NCBI GenBank assembly: GCA_963762115.1
Contig: CAVXJH010000006.1
Location: 96,001 to 160,000, forward strand
DNA length: 64,000 nucleotides
Source: Candidatus Babeliales bacterium
Lineage (GTDB): Bacteria; Babelota; Babeliae; Babelales; JANWKD01
Reading direction: 5' to 3'
The position numbers and the translations under genes were made by a program. Position 1 is the first letter of the stretch. Each line of letters starts with the position of its first letter. Positions 33,215 through 42,737 of this stretch are shown here, in pieces. Below the pieces are notes generated by a model, which saw only the letters and a list, made by a program, of their open reading frames with translations, was not told the DNA's origin and did not search any database.

Positions 33215-34336
33215 ATGCAATCAATAAAAAAAATTCGTGTTGCCGTATTGTTAGGCGGTCGTTCAAATGAAAAAGAAATTTCCTTAGAATCAGGGAGAAA
33301 TGTTGTCTATAAACTTTCTCCACAAAAATATGAAACGCTGCCCCTCTTTGTTAATAAAGATATGCATCTTTTTCATATCACACAACAACAACTAGTTTTA
33401 AATTCAACAAAAGAAATAGAAAAATCTCTTTGCCCCGAACAACAAGTAACGTGGAATAATTTGTCAGACTTTGCTGATTTTGTTTTTATCGGGTTACACG
33501 GCGGTGAGGGTGAAAATGGCTGTGTGCAAGGGGCTTTGGAAATGCTCAATATTCCTTATAATGGCTCATCAGTGTTAAGTAGTGCTTTGTGTATGAACAA
33601 GCATAAAACAAATCAATTATTAGCCGCTAAAGGATTTCACGTACCACAATCACTCTTTCTTGCAAACAATGAATGGACAGATGATCAAGAAACTATACTT
33701 ACAAAAATAAAACAAACATTTGCACTACCATTCATCATAAAGCCATTTGATGATGGATGCAGCGTTTTTGTCTCGAAAATCACCCACTATGATGAAATTC
33801 CTACAGCATTAAATGCATTTTTTCAAACAGGAAAATCGCATGCATTATTGGAAGAATATATTGTTGGCATGGAATTGACTGTCGGTGTTATTGGCAATGC
33901 ACAACCAAAAGCATTAACGCCTAGCCAAGCAATTGCTGCTCAAGGAATTTTATCAATTGAAGAAAAATTCTTACCCGGCGCTGGAGAAAATCAAACTCCT
34001 GCACCATTACCAGAAGCAACGTTAACGTTAGTTAAAAAAGTTATGGAAGAAGTATATAAAACGGTTGATTGTAAAGGTTATGCACGTATTGATTGTTTTT
34101 ATCAAACTGCCCAACAAAGTCCCACAGCTCAAGAAAGAGTCATCATTTTGGAAATCAACACGTTGCCTGGATTAACGCCTGCCACCTGCATTTTTCATCA
34201 AGCTGCTGAGGAAAATATTCGGCCTATGGATTTTCTTGATATGATCATCACCTTAGGATTTGAAGAGCATAAAAAAATTGCTGTTGCTCATGAAACGTTA
34301 CCAGAAAAAAATATAACCACAAACATATCGCTCTAA
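33215..34336 (+). CDS. ddl: D-alanine--D-alanine ligase family protein (paralogue 2)
   Basis: 'GGRSNEKEIS', 'LHGGEGENG', 'KPFDDGCS', 'ARIDCF', 'EINTLPG'. Confidence 0.85.
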   Translation: MQSIKKIRVAVLLGGRSNEKEISLESGRNVVYKLSPQKYETLPLFVNKDMHLFHITQQQLVLNSTKEIEKSLCPEQQVTWNNLSDFADFVFIGLHGGEGENGCVQGALEMLNIPYNGSSVLSSALCMNKHKTNQLLAAKGFHVPQSLFLANNEWTDDQETILTKIKQTFALPFIIKPFDDGCSVFVSKITHYDEIPTALNAFFQTGKSHALLEEYIVGMELTVGVIGNAQPKALTPSQAIAAQGILSIEEKFLPGAGENQTPAPLPEATLTLVKKVMEEVYKTVDCKGYARIDCFYQTAQQSPTAQERVIILEINTLPGLTPATCIFHQAAEENIRPMDFLDMIITLGFEEHKKIAVAHETLPEKNITTNISL

Positions 34337-34337
34337 T

Positions 34338-34378
34338 AAAAAAAGAGCGCTTTCATTTTTTAGAAAGCGCTCTTTTTT
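34338..34378. terminator. Bidirectional intrinsic terminator
   Basis: aaaaaagagcgctttc...gaaagcgctctttttt between convergent genes. Confidence 0.85.
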
Positions 34379-34384
34379 ATTTTT

Positions 34385-35182
34385 TTAGTTAATTTTAAAA
34401 CCAGCATCAGTTAATATTTTTTCAACATGAGTAGCATCACTATCACTCAAAGATTTTTTATATATAATATTATTTTTAAACAAAAGATTTGAATCCCATT
34501 TCTTTGGGTCAGTTTTATTATTTCTATCTATAAGAGTATAAAGCCATTGTGCTGATGAAAAGGTATAATTTTTCCACTGCAATTCAATATCAAACATATT
34601 AATACCTTGAGCCATCAAGAAACTTGGTGATGATTTTGATTCAAAATCAACTTCAGCAGTATAAAATTCAAAGCCAATATCCCAACTCGATGAAGAATTT
34701 TTTGAAACTTGATTATACCACCAGGTATTTCTCATAAATTGCTCAAATGCTATAACATTAAAAACAAGCTTATTGCCATATCCTTGGCTATAAAGGTAAA
34801 TTGATATAAAATCATTTTCCCGTTCAATAACCACATAAGGATTCACATCTACTATTTGTTTTTTTGCATTATCACTATAACCACGAGTATTAATCTCAGG
34901 AGACAAAATTAATTTTGTTCCATTCTCTATACGAACTGATTGCCAACGAGTATCACCTATTAAAGGTTGCAAACGAATCAGTTTGTTTGGTTCAAGATCA
35001 AAATCGGCAATAGTATTAATTTTATAATATAAATCTTTAAATGGTGTGTGAAAGCCAAATTGTCCCTGAAATGTATAAAGTTGCGGAGCATAATCTGGAT
35101 TAAAACGATTAGCTTCTAAAGTAGTAATTGCACACATACTACCCAAAAACATAGATACAAATATTTTTTTTATAAGTTTCAT
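34385..35182 (-). CDS. Exported hypothetical protein, paralogue of 35274-36134
   Basis: Signal ending LEA; shares YKINT, NKLIRLQPLI, NGTKLILSP, GNKLVFN..AFEQFMRNT, THVEKILTDAGFKI with its neighbour. Confidence 0.75.
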   Translation of the reverse strand: MKLIKKIFVSMFLGSMCAITTLEANRFNPDYAPQLYTFQGQFGFHTPFKDLYYKINTIADFDLEPNKLIRLQPLIGDTRWQSVRIENGTKLILSPEINTRGYSDNAKKQIVDVNPYVVIERENDFISIYLYSQGYGNKLVFNVIAFEQFMRNTWWYNQVSKNSSSSWDIGFEFYTAEVDFESKSSPSFLMAQGINMFDIELQWKNYTFSSAQWLYTLIDRNNKTDPKKWDSNLLFKNNIIYKKSLSDSDATHVEKILTDAGFKIN

Positions 35183-35215
35183 TGTATCTCCCATTCGAAG
35201 CTTTTTCTTACCATC

Positions 35216-35358
35216 TTAATTAATTTTAAATCCTGTATCAGTTAATATTTTCTCAACATGAGTAGCTTTGCAATCATTCTGAACTCTTTAGCCCTTCAGT
35301 CGACGTGGGAGTCGTAATTTTAAATCCTGCATCAGTTAATATTTTCTCAACATGAGTA
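35216..35358 (-). repeat. 44-bp direct repeat (35221-35264 / 35315-35358) of the paralogue 3' end; a third copy lies at 34385-34435
   Basis: taattttaaatcctgYatcagttaatattttctcaacatgagta, one mismatch; the intergenic copy encodes ATHVEKILTDTGFKIN*. Confidence 0.85.
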
Positions 35359-36134
35359 ACATCGTAATCCGTCAAACCACTTTTTGATATAATATTATTA
35401 TCAAATAAAAGATTTTGATTTACTTTGCTTTTATCCACATTGATTAATTGTTTACCTTGTTTAAATTCGCCTAATAATGCCAAAATTTCAAAAGCATTTG
35501 AAGGCCATGAAAATAATGGCAATTCTTGAGCCGGGGTAAAGGTATTATTCTTCCAATGCAAATCAATATTAAATATACTTTTCCCATAAGATGCTACAAA
35601 ATCATTTTCAATCGTATCAAATTCAAACCCAAATTCCCATCCAAGGGCCATATTTTTATTTTTATTCAATCCCTGATATAAGTTAGTGTTTCGCATAAAT
35701 TGCTCGAAAGCTAATATGTTAAAAACAAGCTTATTGCCCACTCCTAAGCAATATAAATAAATTGTTATAAAATCATCTGCGCCTTCGATAACCACATAAG
35801 GCAGACTATACAATAATTTTGATTTAATAGTTCCAATAGAACTTATTTGTGGTGACAAAATTAATTTTGTACCGTTTATCACAAGAACTGATTTCCATCG
35901 GTCTGAAATAAGTGGCTGTAAACGAATAAGTTTATTCATAGGAATATCCATTTCAGGAAGCGTATTTATTTTGTATGATATAGGATCACTGTATGGCGCT
36001 GGTTTAAAACCGAATAGTCCCTCAAAAACATACGTTTGAGGAAGATAGTCAGTATTAAACCGATCGGCTTTTACTATACCCATTACCGACAAAATACTTA
36101 AAAAAATAAAAATAAAATTTTTCATTAACTTCAT
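35274..36134 (-). CDS. Exported hypothetical protein, paralogue of 34385-35182
   Basis: Signal ending VKA-DRF; extensive identity blocks with the downstream gene. Confidence 0.75.
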   Translation of the reverse strand: MKLMKNFIFIFLSILSVMGIVKADRFNTDYLPQTYVFEGLFGFKPAPYSDPISYKINTLPEMDIPMNKLIRLQPLISDRWKSVLVINGTKLILSPQISSIGTIKSKLLYSLPYVVIEGADDFITIYLYCLGVGNKLVFNILAFEQFMRNTNLYQGLNKNKNMALGWEFGFEFDTIENDFVASYGKSIFNIDLHWKNNTFTPAQELPLFSWPSNAFEILALLGEFKQGKQLINVDKSKVNQNLLFDNNIISKSGLTDYDVTHVEKILTDAGFKITTPTSTEGLKSSE

Positions 36135-36142
36135 AACAAACC

Positions 36143-36391
36143 CTATGCCCTTCCTGCTAATTTTTTCTCATTAAGACGTAATTCTGTTATTTTTTTTGCA
36201 AGTTCCACTTGTTCATTAATACTTAAATTTTTTTTGGCTATGATTTGATTAATTTCCTTATTCAACTTAGCTTTTTCTGCTGATAAGGACGTCTGTTCTG
36301 ATGAAGTTAATGTTTTTGCATCAATTACCATAACATTAGCAACCATAATAAACGCCACATTTAAAATGATATTAATTTTTCTACTCTTCAT
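36143..36391 (-). CDS. Small exported coiled-coil protein
   Basis: AGGAG RBS; signal ending IDA; helical K/E/L-rich mature part. Confidence 0.6.
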   Translation of the reverse strand: MKSRKINIILNVAFIMVANVMVIDAKTLTSSEQTSLSAEKAKLNKEINQIIAKKNLSINEQVELAKKITELRLNEKKLAGRA

Positions 36392-36517
36392 TACTTCTCC
36401 TTTTTATCATCATCTTTATTATATTTTATCATGCATTATTATCAATTTGCAATAATTTTTAAAAATAAATATAACCAAACTCAAATAGGTACATTTCCAA
36501 AAAAAACAATTGCTATA

Positions 36518-38503
36518 TTATTTGGCGTTACCAAATTCCTTATTTAAAAAAGCTTTAACCGTATCTGCGTTAGCTTTTATGTTAAATTCAGCAATACCTG
36601 CCAATTGCTTAAATTGAGGAAGTGTATAATCAAAATTAAGAAAGCCACAAAAACCATTGGTATTACTTATGCAATTAGCGTCAAAAGTGGATAAATTGTT
36701 TTCATCAATAAACTTTTTTAAGATTGGATTAGCTTGTGCTTTTTTAATAAGCGCATCATCTCTTACAAAATTAAAATAAATAATGCGCGGCGCCTGAGCA
36801 TGCTGCATATCTTTATATAATCGTAATGTTGGTGTTGATTTGTCATCAACCCGTTTATACGTATACCCATAAAGCCGCTGTGCATCTTTAAAGAACTTAC
36901 TCAGCTCTCCAGATTCTTCATTTTTTTGAAAATTATCACCCGAAGTATCACCAATAATAATTGCATTTACGTTGCGTGATGGACGTAATAAGGGCAAAAC
37001 AGGAATATTATAAGAAATACCAGCATCAACATACATCAATTGATCACTTGTTTTTAATGATTTTGGCACATTAGAAAAAGAAGCATTTTTATAAGGATTA
37101 AATGTTAATGAAGGAAATACACGCATAGTGTTAACTGACGTTGGTAAAACACTGATAAGATTAACCAATGTTGCCGCAATTAAATACTGAGTTGCTTCAG
37201 TACTCATTTTTTGCGCTGCTTGAGCTTTTAATCCATCTATTATTTTTTGAATATCAATCAAATTTACCAAATAAGCTGAACCAAAAGTCCCCATTAAATA
37301 ACCTAATGACTGTTGCGGAGAAATTTCTTTTGCTTTTCCTTGGTCAAATAAGCTCCCAAAAGAATATGTCGGCATAGCTGTTTTATATTCAAGATTTCTT
37401 ACTTCTAAGGGAGTAAATTCATTCCAATTATAATCTTGTTGGCCAGCACTATTAGTATAAACATTGACTGAAGTAAAAAGAGGGAACGGCTTATTACCAT
37501 CTTTAACATGATCCCATACATCAGTTAAATGGTACTTTCTAATAGTAGGATCTAATAAAGCTTTCGATAATAATGAACCATATATATCAACAGAACTTAT
37601 TGATTGATTAAAAAGAAATTTCGGCCAAAGGTCAGCAACTAATGCTTCTAAGTATTCAGGTTTTAGATAACCAGAATTATCAAAAGCAATTGTTTGAATA
37701 TTAAATTTTTTATCTTTTATTTTTTTTTCAAGTGATTGTTGAAAAGAATGTATAGAATTATTTGAAAATAACCAAGGCATCAAAAACCATGTTGAACCGG
37801 AAAGAGCACTTATATAACTTGTTGCATCTAACAGCCCAAGATCTTCAAGTGCGGCAAGATACCCTGATGTTAATATCATTGCACGATAACCACCACCAGG
37901 AGCAACATAGCCTAAAGTAATTGGCTTATTTGGCTGCTTATTAAAAAACTTTCCCCATCCTTTTTGTATAGTTTTTTGACGATTTTTCAAAAAAATATTC
38001 TTTTCATCACTCAATAATTGATCATTTTGTATAAGATTAGCAGCTTTATTTTTAAAGGGATTATCACGATTAGCATCTAATTTTAATTGTGGTATTTCAT
38101 TTTTTTCCCAAAAATCATATAAATAGTCCCACCCATCTATAAGTTGACCGGTAACCGTTTGATTTTTAGTGGCAATTTCTTGTAAAACGGTCATATCAAA
38201 TGAATCCAAATCATTACTTGCTTTAACAAGCAAAGCATTTTGTTGTTGTTGCAAAGAATCAATGGCGTTTTTTGTTGAATCATTTACCATGCCAGCAGTT
38301 TTTGATTGTTTTAAAGAAGTATTAATTTGATCTTGCAATGCATATAATTGTTTTTTATAAGAATGAAATAATGCATCATTATGAGGTTTAGCAAAAGCAA
38401 GAACATATTCAGCGTTCTGATAGGCAAAATCAAACCAATCTCTGCCAAAAGCATTATCAGAAATAAACATAATGCATACAAAAAAAATAATTTTTTTTAT
38501 CAT
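36518..38503 (-). CDS. Secreted cPLA2/lysophospholipase (PLA2_B-like) catalytic-domain protein
   Basis: Oxyanion/Arg motif 'GGGYRAM', nucleophile 'ALSGSTW', 'PFPL', 'EFTP', 'MGTFGSA', catalytic Asp 'VDAG'; signal peptide. Confidence 0.85.
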   Translation of the reverse strand: MIKKIIFFVCIMFISDNAFGRDWFDFAYQNAEYVLAFAKPHNDALFHSYKKQLYALQDQINTSLKQSKTAGMVNDSTKNAIDSLQQQQNALLVKASNDLDSFDMTVLQEIATKNQTVTGQLIDGWDYLYDFWEKNEIPQLKLDANRDNPFKNKAANLIQNDQLLSDEKNIFLKNRQKTIQKGWGKFFNKQPNKPITLGYVAPGGGYRAMILTSGYLAALEDLGLLDATSYISALSGSTWFLMPWLFSNNSIHSFQQSLEKKIKDKKFNIQTIAFDNSGYLKPEYLEALVADLWPKFLFNQSISSVDIYGSLLSKALLDPTIRKYHLTDVWDHVKDGNKPFPLFTSVNVYTNSAGQQDYNWNEFTPLEVRNLEYKTAMPTYSFGSLFDQGKAKEISPQQSLGYLMGTFGSAYLVNLIDIQKIIDGLKAQAAQKMSTEATQYLIAATLVNLISVLPTSVNTMRVFPSLTFNPYKNASFSNVPKSLKTSDQLMYVDAGISYNIPVLPLLRPSRNVNAIIIGDTSGDNFQKNEESGELSKFFKDAQRLYGYTYKRVDDKSTPTLRLYKDMQHAQAPRIIYFNFVRDDALIKKAQANPILKKFIDENNLSTFDANCISNTNGFCGFLNFDYTLPQFKQLAGIAEFNIKANADTVKAFLNKEFGNAK

Positions 38504-38690
38504 CCTATCCCCAATAACATAAAATGCTTGTAATTTTCCTTTCTTTTACAACCTCTTAATTATTATAGTTTGAAAATAACACAATATTCAACAATTTTTA
38601 TTATTGCAAAATGAAATATCAAAAAAAATATTTCTTATTTAGAAATTGAATACTTGCTTAACGCGAATTTGATAAGAAAAGATAATTCTG

Positions 38691-38791
38691 ATGTCATTCT
38701 GAGCACTCCTTGAGTGCGTAAGAATCCAGGTATAAGGTTTTTTCATTTTATTGACTGGATCACTACGGAACTTCGTTCCTCATGATGACAT
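38691..38791. repeat. Short palindromic REP/RPE-like element (family A)
   Basis: atgtcattctgag..agaatccag...ctggatc..ctcatgatgacat; terminal atgtcat/atgacat with an internal hairpin in each arm. Confidence 0.7.
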
Positions 38792-38874
38792 TCTGTTAAA
38801 ATGGTGAATTTTGCTTGTAGAAATCTATATTACTTCGTCAAGTTCATAAAATTTTGAACGTATCAAATTCATGT

Positions 38875-38912
38875 AAAAGCCCATGGATTTAATCAAAAAT
38901 CCATGGGCTTTT
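38875..38912 (-). terminator. Intrinsic terminator after the beta-helix gene pair
   Basis: aaaagcccatggattt...aaatccatgggctttt. Confidence 0.85.
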
Positions 38913-38933
38913 AAGAACTTTAATGAGTAATTA

Positions 38934-40844
38934 CTATGCTTGAATATCAAGGTTTGAAATCATAGAAGACTGTACCGTTGTAGCATTTGGTGGAACACCA
39001 CCAGAATAACTAAATGAAACAGCAGTTACAGAAAAAGGACCTGAATAAGCAACGGTATAATTTTTATAAATAAGATTACCTCCAGAAAATGGCGGTCCTG
39101 ATGATCCGTTGCTAATTGCAGTATTACCCGCAACTAATGTATTACTACTGCCTGATAATACCGATCCTCCACTCGTAAAGACGATATTACTATCAAAAAT
39201 ACCTGATTGATTATTTTTCAAGATAGAATTATTGCTAATTTCATTAAAATTAGCACCATTTGCACCATCAATAAAAATTCCAGCACCAAAAACAACATTT
39301 GTTGCTGGTGTTCTTGGATTGTTACCTTCAGCAACACAATCAACAATTACTGATGAAGATTCGCTTGGTCCAAGCCCAAACCCATAAGCTGTCGGTCCAA
39401 CATTAAATGATCCAGTACAATTGGAAAATACATTTCCTTGTCCATTATCCGCTAGAAACCCATATGAACAAATCGAGATACCATTATTAGCATTTGCGAC
39501 ACATGATTCTATAAGATTGCCTATACCACTAACGCTATGTAATCCATAAACACAAATACCAACATTAAGATTCATAGAAGAGCGAGCTACTCGACAATAA
39601 TTACAACCTATAAGCGATATTCCTGCCGAATTTACTGCTCCCGATCCGTTTCTATCAACCAAACAGCTTTCAATTATCACATTTTCACAATTTACCAAAG
39701 AAATACCGCCGAGAGCAAGACCCGCTGTTGCACATAATGAAATGTTACATTGTTTAATTATACTTTCAGCAATGGGGGAACCACCAAAAGCAAAGAAATT
39801 AATACCCGATTCTGCTGCCTGAGTTATCGTTAAATTCATAATTTTTAGATTGGAAGCACCACCAAAAACTCTAATACCATCAAAAGCTACATTATTAATT
39901 TCACCATTTTTAATAGTAATATTTTCAAGGCCGGAATTAATTTGAATTCCTACATTAGCAACTCCCGAACCTAAAATTGATCTTCCACATAAATTAAAGG
40001 TGACATCACTTGAATTAATTATGAAAATGGAAGCTGCATTGGAAGTTATATTTTCAGTTAATACATAATTTCCCGGTGAACTTATCGTAAATGATCCACC
40101 CAATGCATCAATCAATCCTTGTGTTATAGAAATATTATGACAACCTGTTGCAAGACTGTTGAGCACAGAAAAGGTTCCATTAAATTCATTGGTGATATTA
40201 GCACAACACTCTGTTAACGTATTTTTAACATCAAAAATTGCCGTAAACGTGCCATTAAATTCATTGGTGATATTAGCGCAACATTCCGTTATTGTATTTT
40301 TAATATCTATAATTACCGTAAATTCATTTATAATAGAACCAATTCTTACTTGTATTTGACGCAATAACGCCTCAATTATTGAAAGATTACATGATGAACC
40401 AGGTCCAACAATATTTGATGATACACCTTGACGGGGCGCTCTTGTTTGCATTTGTTGAAATTCGGCAATCAAATCAGGAAAAGCTTTTTTAAGATCTTCA
40501 ACAGAAAAATCATTACTATTTTTACATACCTGTTCATAACATCTTAATAATCCATTAGAAAGACGATTTTCAATGCCTTTTTCTAATGCATTGTTAACCA
40601 AAGAAATAAGAAACGGCTTAAAATGAGGATTATCTATCGTTATATAACCAAGATCAGTATTATTTTCTTCTAAGGCAGACTCTATCATGTTGTAATATAA
40701 TTGAGCACTTTGAAGTTTAGATTTTTCTTTCATATTTTTTGCTATTGAATTTTTTTTAAGCCCTTTTTCTCTGGATTTAGCATCAAGCAAAAAATAAACC
40801 GATTGCAAACTTATTAGTATGAACAAAAAACGAAATAGCTTCAT
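38934..40844 (-). CDS. Secreted Cys-Cys coiled-coil / beta-helix protein (paralogue of 221-2821)
   Basis: Signal peptide; 'APRQG..GP..CNLS', 2x 'ECCANITNEFNGTF', 'ISSPGNYVLTENI', beta-helix rungs; start at ATG 40844 after AAGGA. Confidence 0.75.
   Translation of the reverse strand: MKLFRFLFILISLQSVYFLLDAKSREKGLKKNSIAKNMKEKSKLQSAQLYYNMIESALEENNTDLGYITIDNPHFKPFLISLVNNALEKGIENRLSNGLLRCYEQVCKNSNDFSVEDLKKAFPDLIAEFQQMQTRAPRQGVSSNIVGPGSSCNLSIIEALLRQIQVRIGSIINEFTVIIDIKNTITECCANITNEFNGTFTAIFDVKNTLTECCANITNEFNGTFSVLNSLATGCHNISITQGLIDALGGSFTISSPGNYVLTENITSNAASIFIINSSDVTFNLCGRSILGSGVANVGIQINSGLENITIKNGEINNVAFDGIRVFGGASNLKIMNLTITQAAESGINFFAFGGSPIAESIIKQCNISLCATAGLALGGISLVNCENVIIESCLVDRNGSGAVNSAGISLIGCNYCRVARSSMNLNVGICVYGLHSVSGIGNLIESCVANANNGISICSYGFLADNGQGNVFSNCTGSFNVGPTAYGFGLGPSESSSVIVDCVAEGNNPRTPATNVVFGAGIFIDGANGANFNEISNNSILKNNQSGIFDSNIVFTSGGSVLSGSSNTLVAGNTAISNGSSGPPFSGGNLIYKNYTVAYSGPFSVTAVSFSYSGGVPPNATTVQSSMISNLDIQA
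40177..40283 (-). repeat. 75-bp (25-codon) tandem repeat in the beta-helix gene
   Basis: ccattaaattcattggtgatattagcRcaaca at 40177 and 40252. Confidence 0.8.
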
Positions 40845-40876
40845 TATCCTTTTACCTCTCAAAAAAATTTTATTTT

Positions 40877-42625
40877 TTAATAACTCTTATCAAAAATTAT
40901 ATTTCCCATTACTATTGTTTTGCTTTTATCCAAAATCTCTTCAGATGAAAATTTAATCAAACTCGTGTCATAAATTCCTGCATGAGAATTATAAATAATA
41001 CTATTGTTTTTAATAATATTGGCATAAGCACCTGAAATACCATCGATAAAAATACCAACACCGGCACAGGTAGCATTATTTGATTCTGCACGAGAATCTA
41101 TTATCGATGATATTATTTCTGTTTTTGCAAAATTAAAACCATAGGCATTTTGTCCATTATTATTAGATGCAGAACAGTTGATAAATAAATTTTGTTTTCC
41201 ACATTCTGTTGAAAAACCTAAAGCAAGTCCTTCAGAATTATTATTATTTGCCTGACATGCTTGTACAATAATATTGCTACTCTCAAACATTTGTAATCCA
41301 AATACCGTAATAGCTGCTGTATTAAAATTCATAAAAGAATTATTAATAGAACAATTAGTACATCGATTGAGTAATACACCTCCAGAAAAGGATGCTTTGA
41401 TAAAACCATTGCGATTAAAAAAACAATTTTTTATAACAATCGAATCACAATGCGTAAGCGTTAACCCACCCATTGCACCGTTTATATCAGTAGCACATGA
41501 ACTAATATGACAATTTTTCAATAAACATTCTCGAACACAACCATCATCACCATCAAAACCATTCAATATAATTCCTGATTTTTGACAATTATTAACAGAA
41601 ATATCTTTGATAGTTATATGAGAACTATTGGGTAAAATTTTTATGCCACAATCACTAAAATTATCAATATGACCATTCTTTATGGTAATATTCATATGCC
41701 CTGGATTTATTTGAATCCCTCTAGATGACCCATTTTCGCCGGATATTTTTCGCCCATTAAGATCAAAACAAATATCATTTGCCTCGATAATAAAAGAAGT
41801 GTTTTCTTTTATTACAATATTTTCAGCTAATAAAAAATTACCTGAATGATTAAAAACTAAACTATCAGCATAATTATCAACCAAACTTTGTGTTATAACT
41901 CTATAAGGCGATGATTCAGGAGACTCTATAATTGCTCTCGGCACTGCACAACAAGCAGTAACCTCTGCCAATATTGATGATAAAGAACTTTCTATCGAAG
42001 TACAACAGGTAGCAATTTGCTGTCCCAAAGATGAACAACAAATGGTCAATTGTGTTGAAAGATCAGAAATAGCACTAAGAATGGCACTTTCTGCGGCAGC
42101 AATCTGCGCCATAATTTTATATAACAATGAAAAAGTACTATTAAAATCCATTTGCATAATAACACAACATTCAATTACTTCAGCCTCTATCCTGCTCAAC
42201 AGTTGCCCAACAAGGACAAGATTGCAAGGAGTTGAACAACTTTTATGTTCAAGCAATTGATTTTGATGTTTCTGTAATCTTCCCGCTAAATAGGCAAACA
42301 AATCTGGCATTGCTTCTTTAAGATCCTTAACACAAACTTCATTTTTTCCTGCTATACATTGCGCATAACAATTTAACAAGCCTTGCGATATAACAAGTGA
42401 CAATCCTTCTTTCTGTGCATCCTCAACTGCATCAATCATAAATTTGATAAGAAGTTCATTATCGAGAATAACATATAAAGGCGCATCAGATTTTTCAACA
42501 AACGGCACCGATTGCGTCTGAGTTAATGATAAAAAATCAGATGTTTGTGCGGCATATAAAAAAGATACTTTGCTCTGTAAAATAAAAATTATCAAAAAAA
42601 ATTTAAAAATGGCTATAATTCTCAT
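40877..42625 (-). CDS. Secreted Cys-Cys coiled-coil / beta-helix protein (third paralogue)
   Basis: Signal ending LYA; 'IECC','TICC','ATCC','TACC'; 'SGNFLLAENI..ICFDLNG', 'NITIKNG'. Confidence 0.75.
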   Translation of the reverse strand: MRIIAIFKFFLIIFILQSKVSFLYAAQTSDFLSLTQTQSVPFVEKSDAPLYVILDNELLIKFMIDAVEDAQKEGLSLVISQGLLNCYAQCIAGKNEVCVKDLKEAMPDLFAYLAGRLQKHQNQLLEHKSCSTPCNLVLVGQLLSRIEAEVIECCVIMQMDFNSTFSLLYKIMAQIAAAESAILSAISDLSTQLTICCSSLGQQIATCCTSIESSLSSILAEVTACCAVPRAIIESPESSPYRVITQSLVDNYADSLVFNHSGNFLLAENIVIKENTSFIIEANDICFDLNGRKISGENGSSRGIQINPGHMNITIKNGHIDNFSDCGIKILPNSSHITIKDISVNNCQKSGIILNGFDGDDGCVRECLLKNCHISSCATDINGAMGGLTLTHCDSIVIKNCFFNRNGFIKASFSGGVLLNRCTNCSINNSFMNFNTAAITVFGLQMFESSNIIVQACQANNNNSEGLALGFSTECGKQNLFINCSASNNNGQNAYGFNFAKTEIISSIIDSRAESNNATCAGVGIFIDGISGAYANIIKNNSIIYNSHAGIYDTSLIKFSSEEILDKSKTIVMGNIIFDKSY

Positions 42626-42737
42626 TGCTTCTTACTACTCCCTATCATGCCCATAACTATAAAAAATCATTCAAATGATTTAATCATTAGGCACACTATA
42701 AGAAGCAATAAAAAAAAACAAGGCTTTAAAAAAAATA

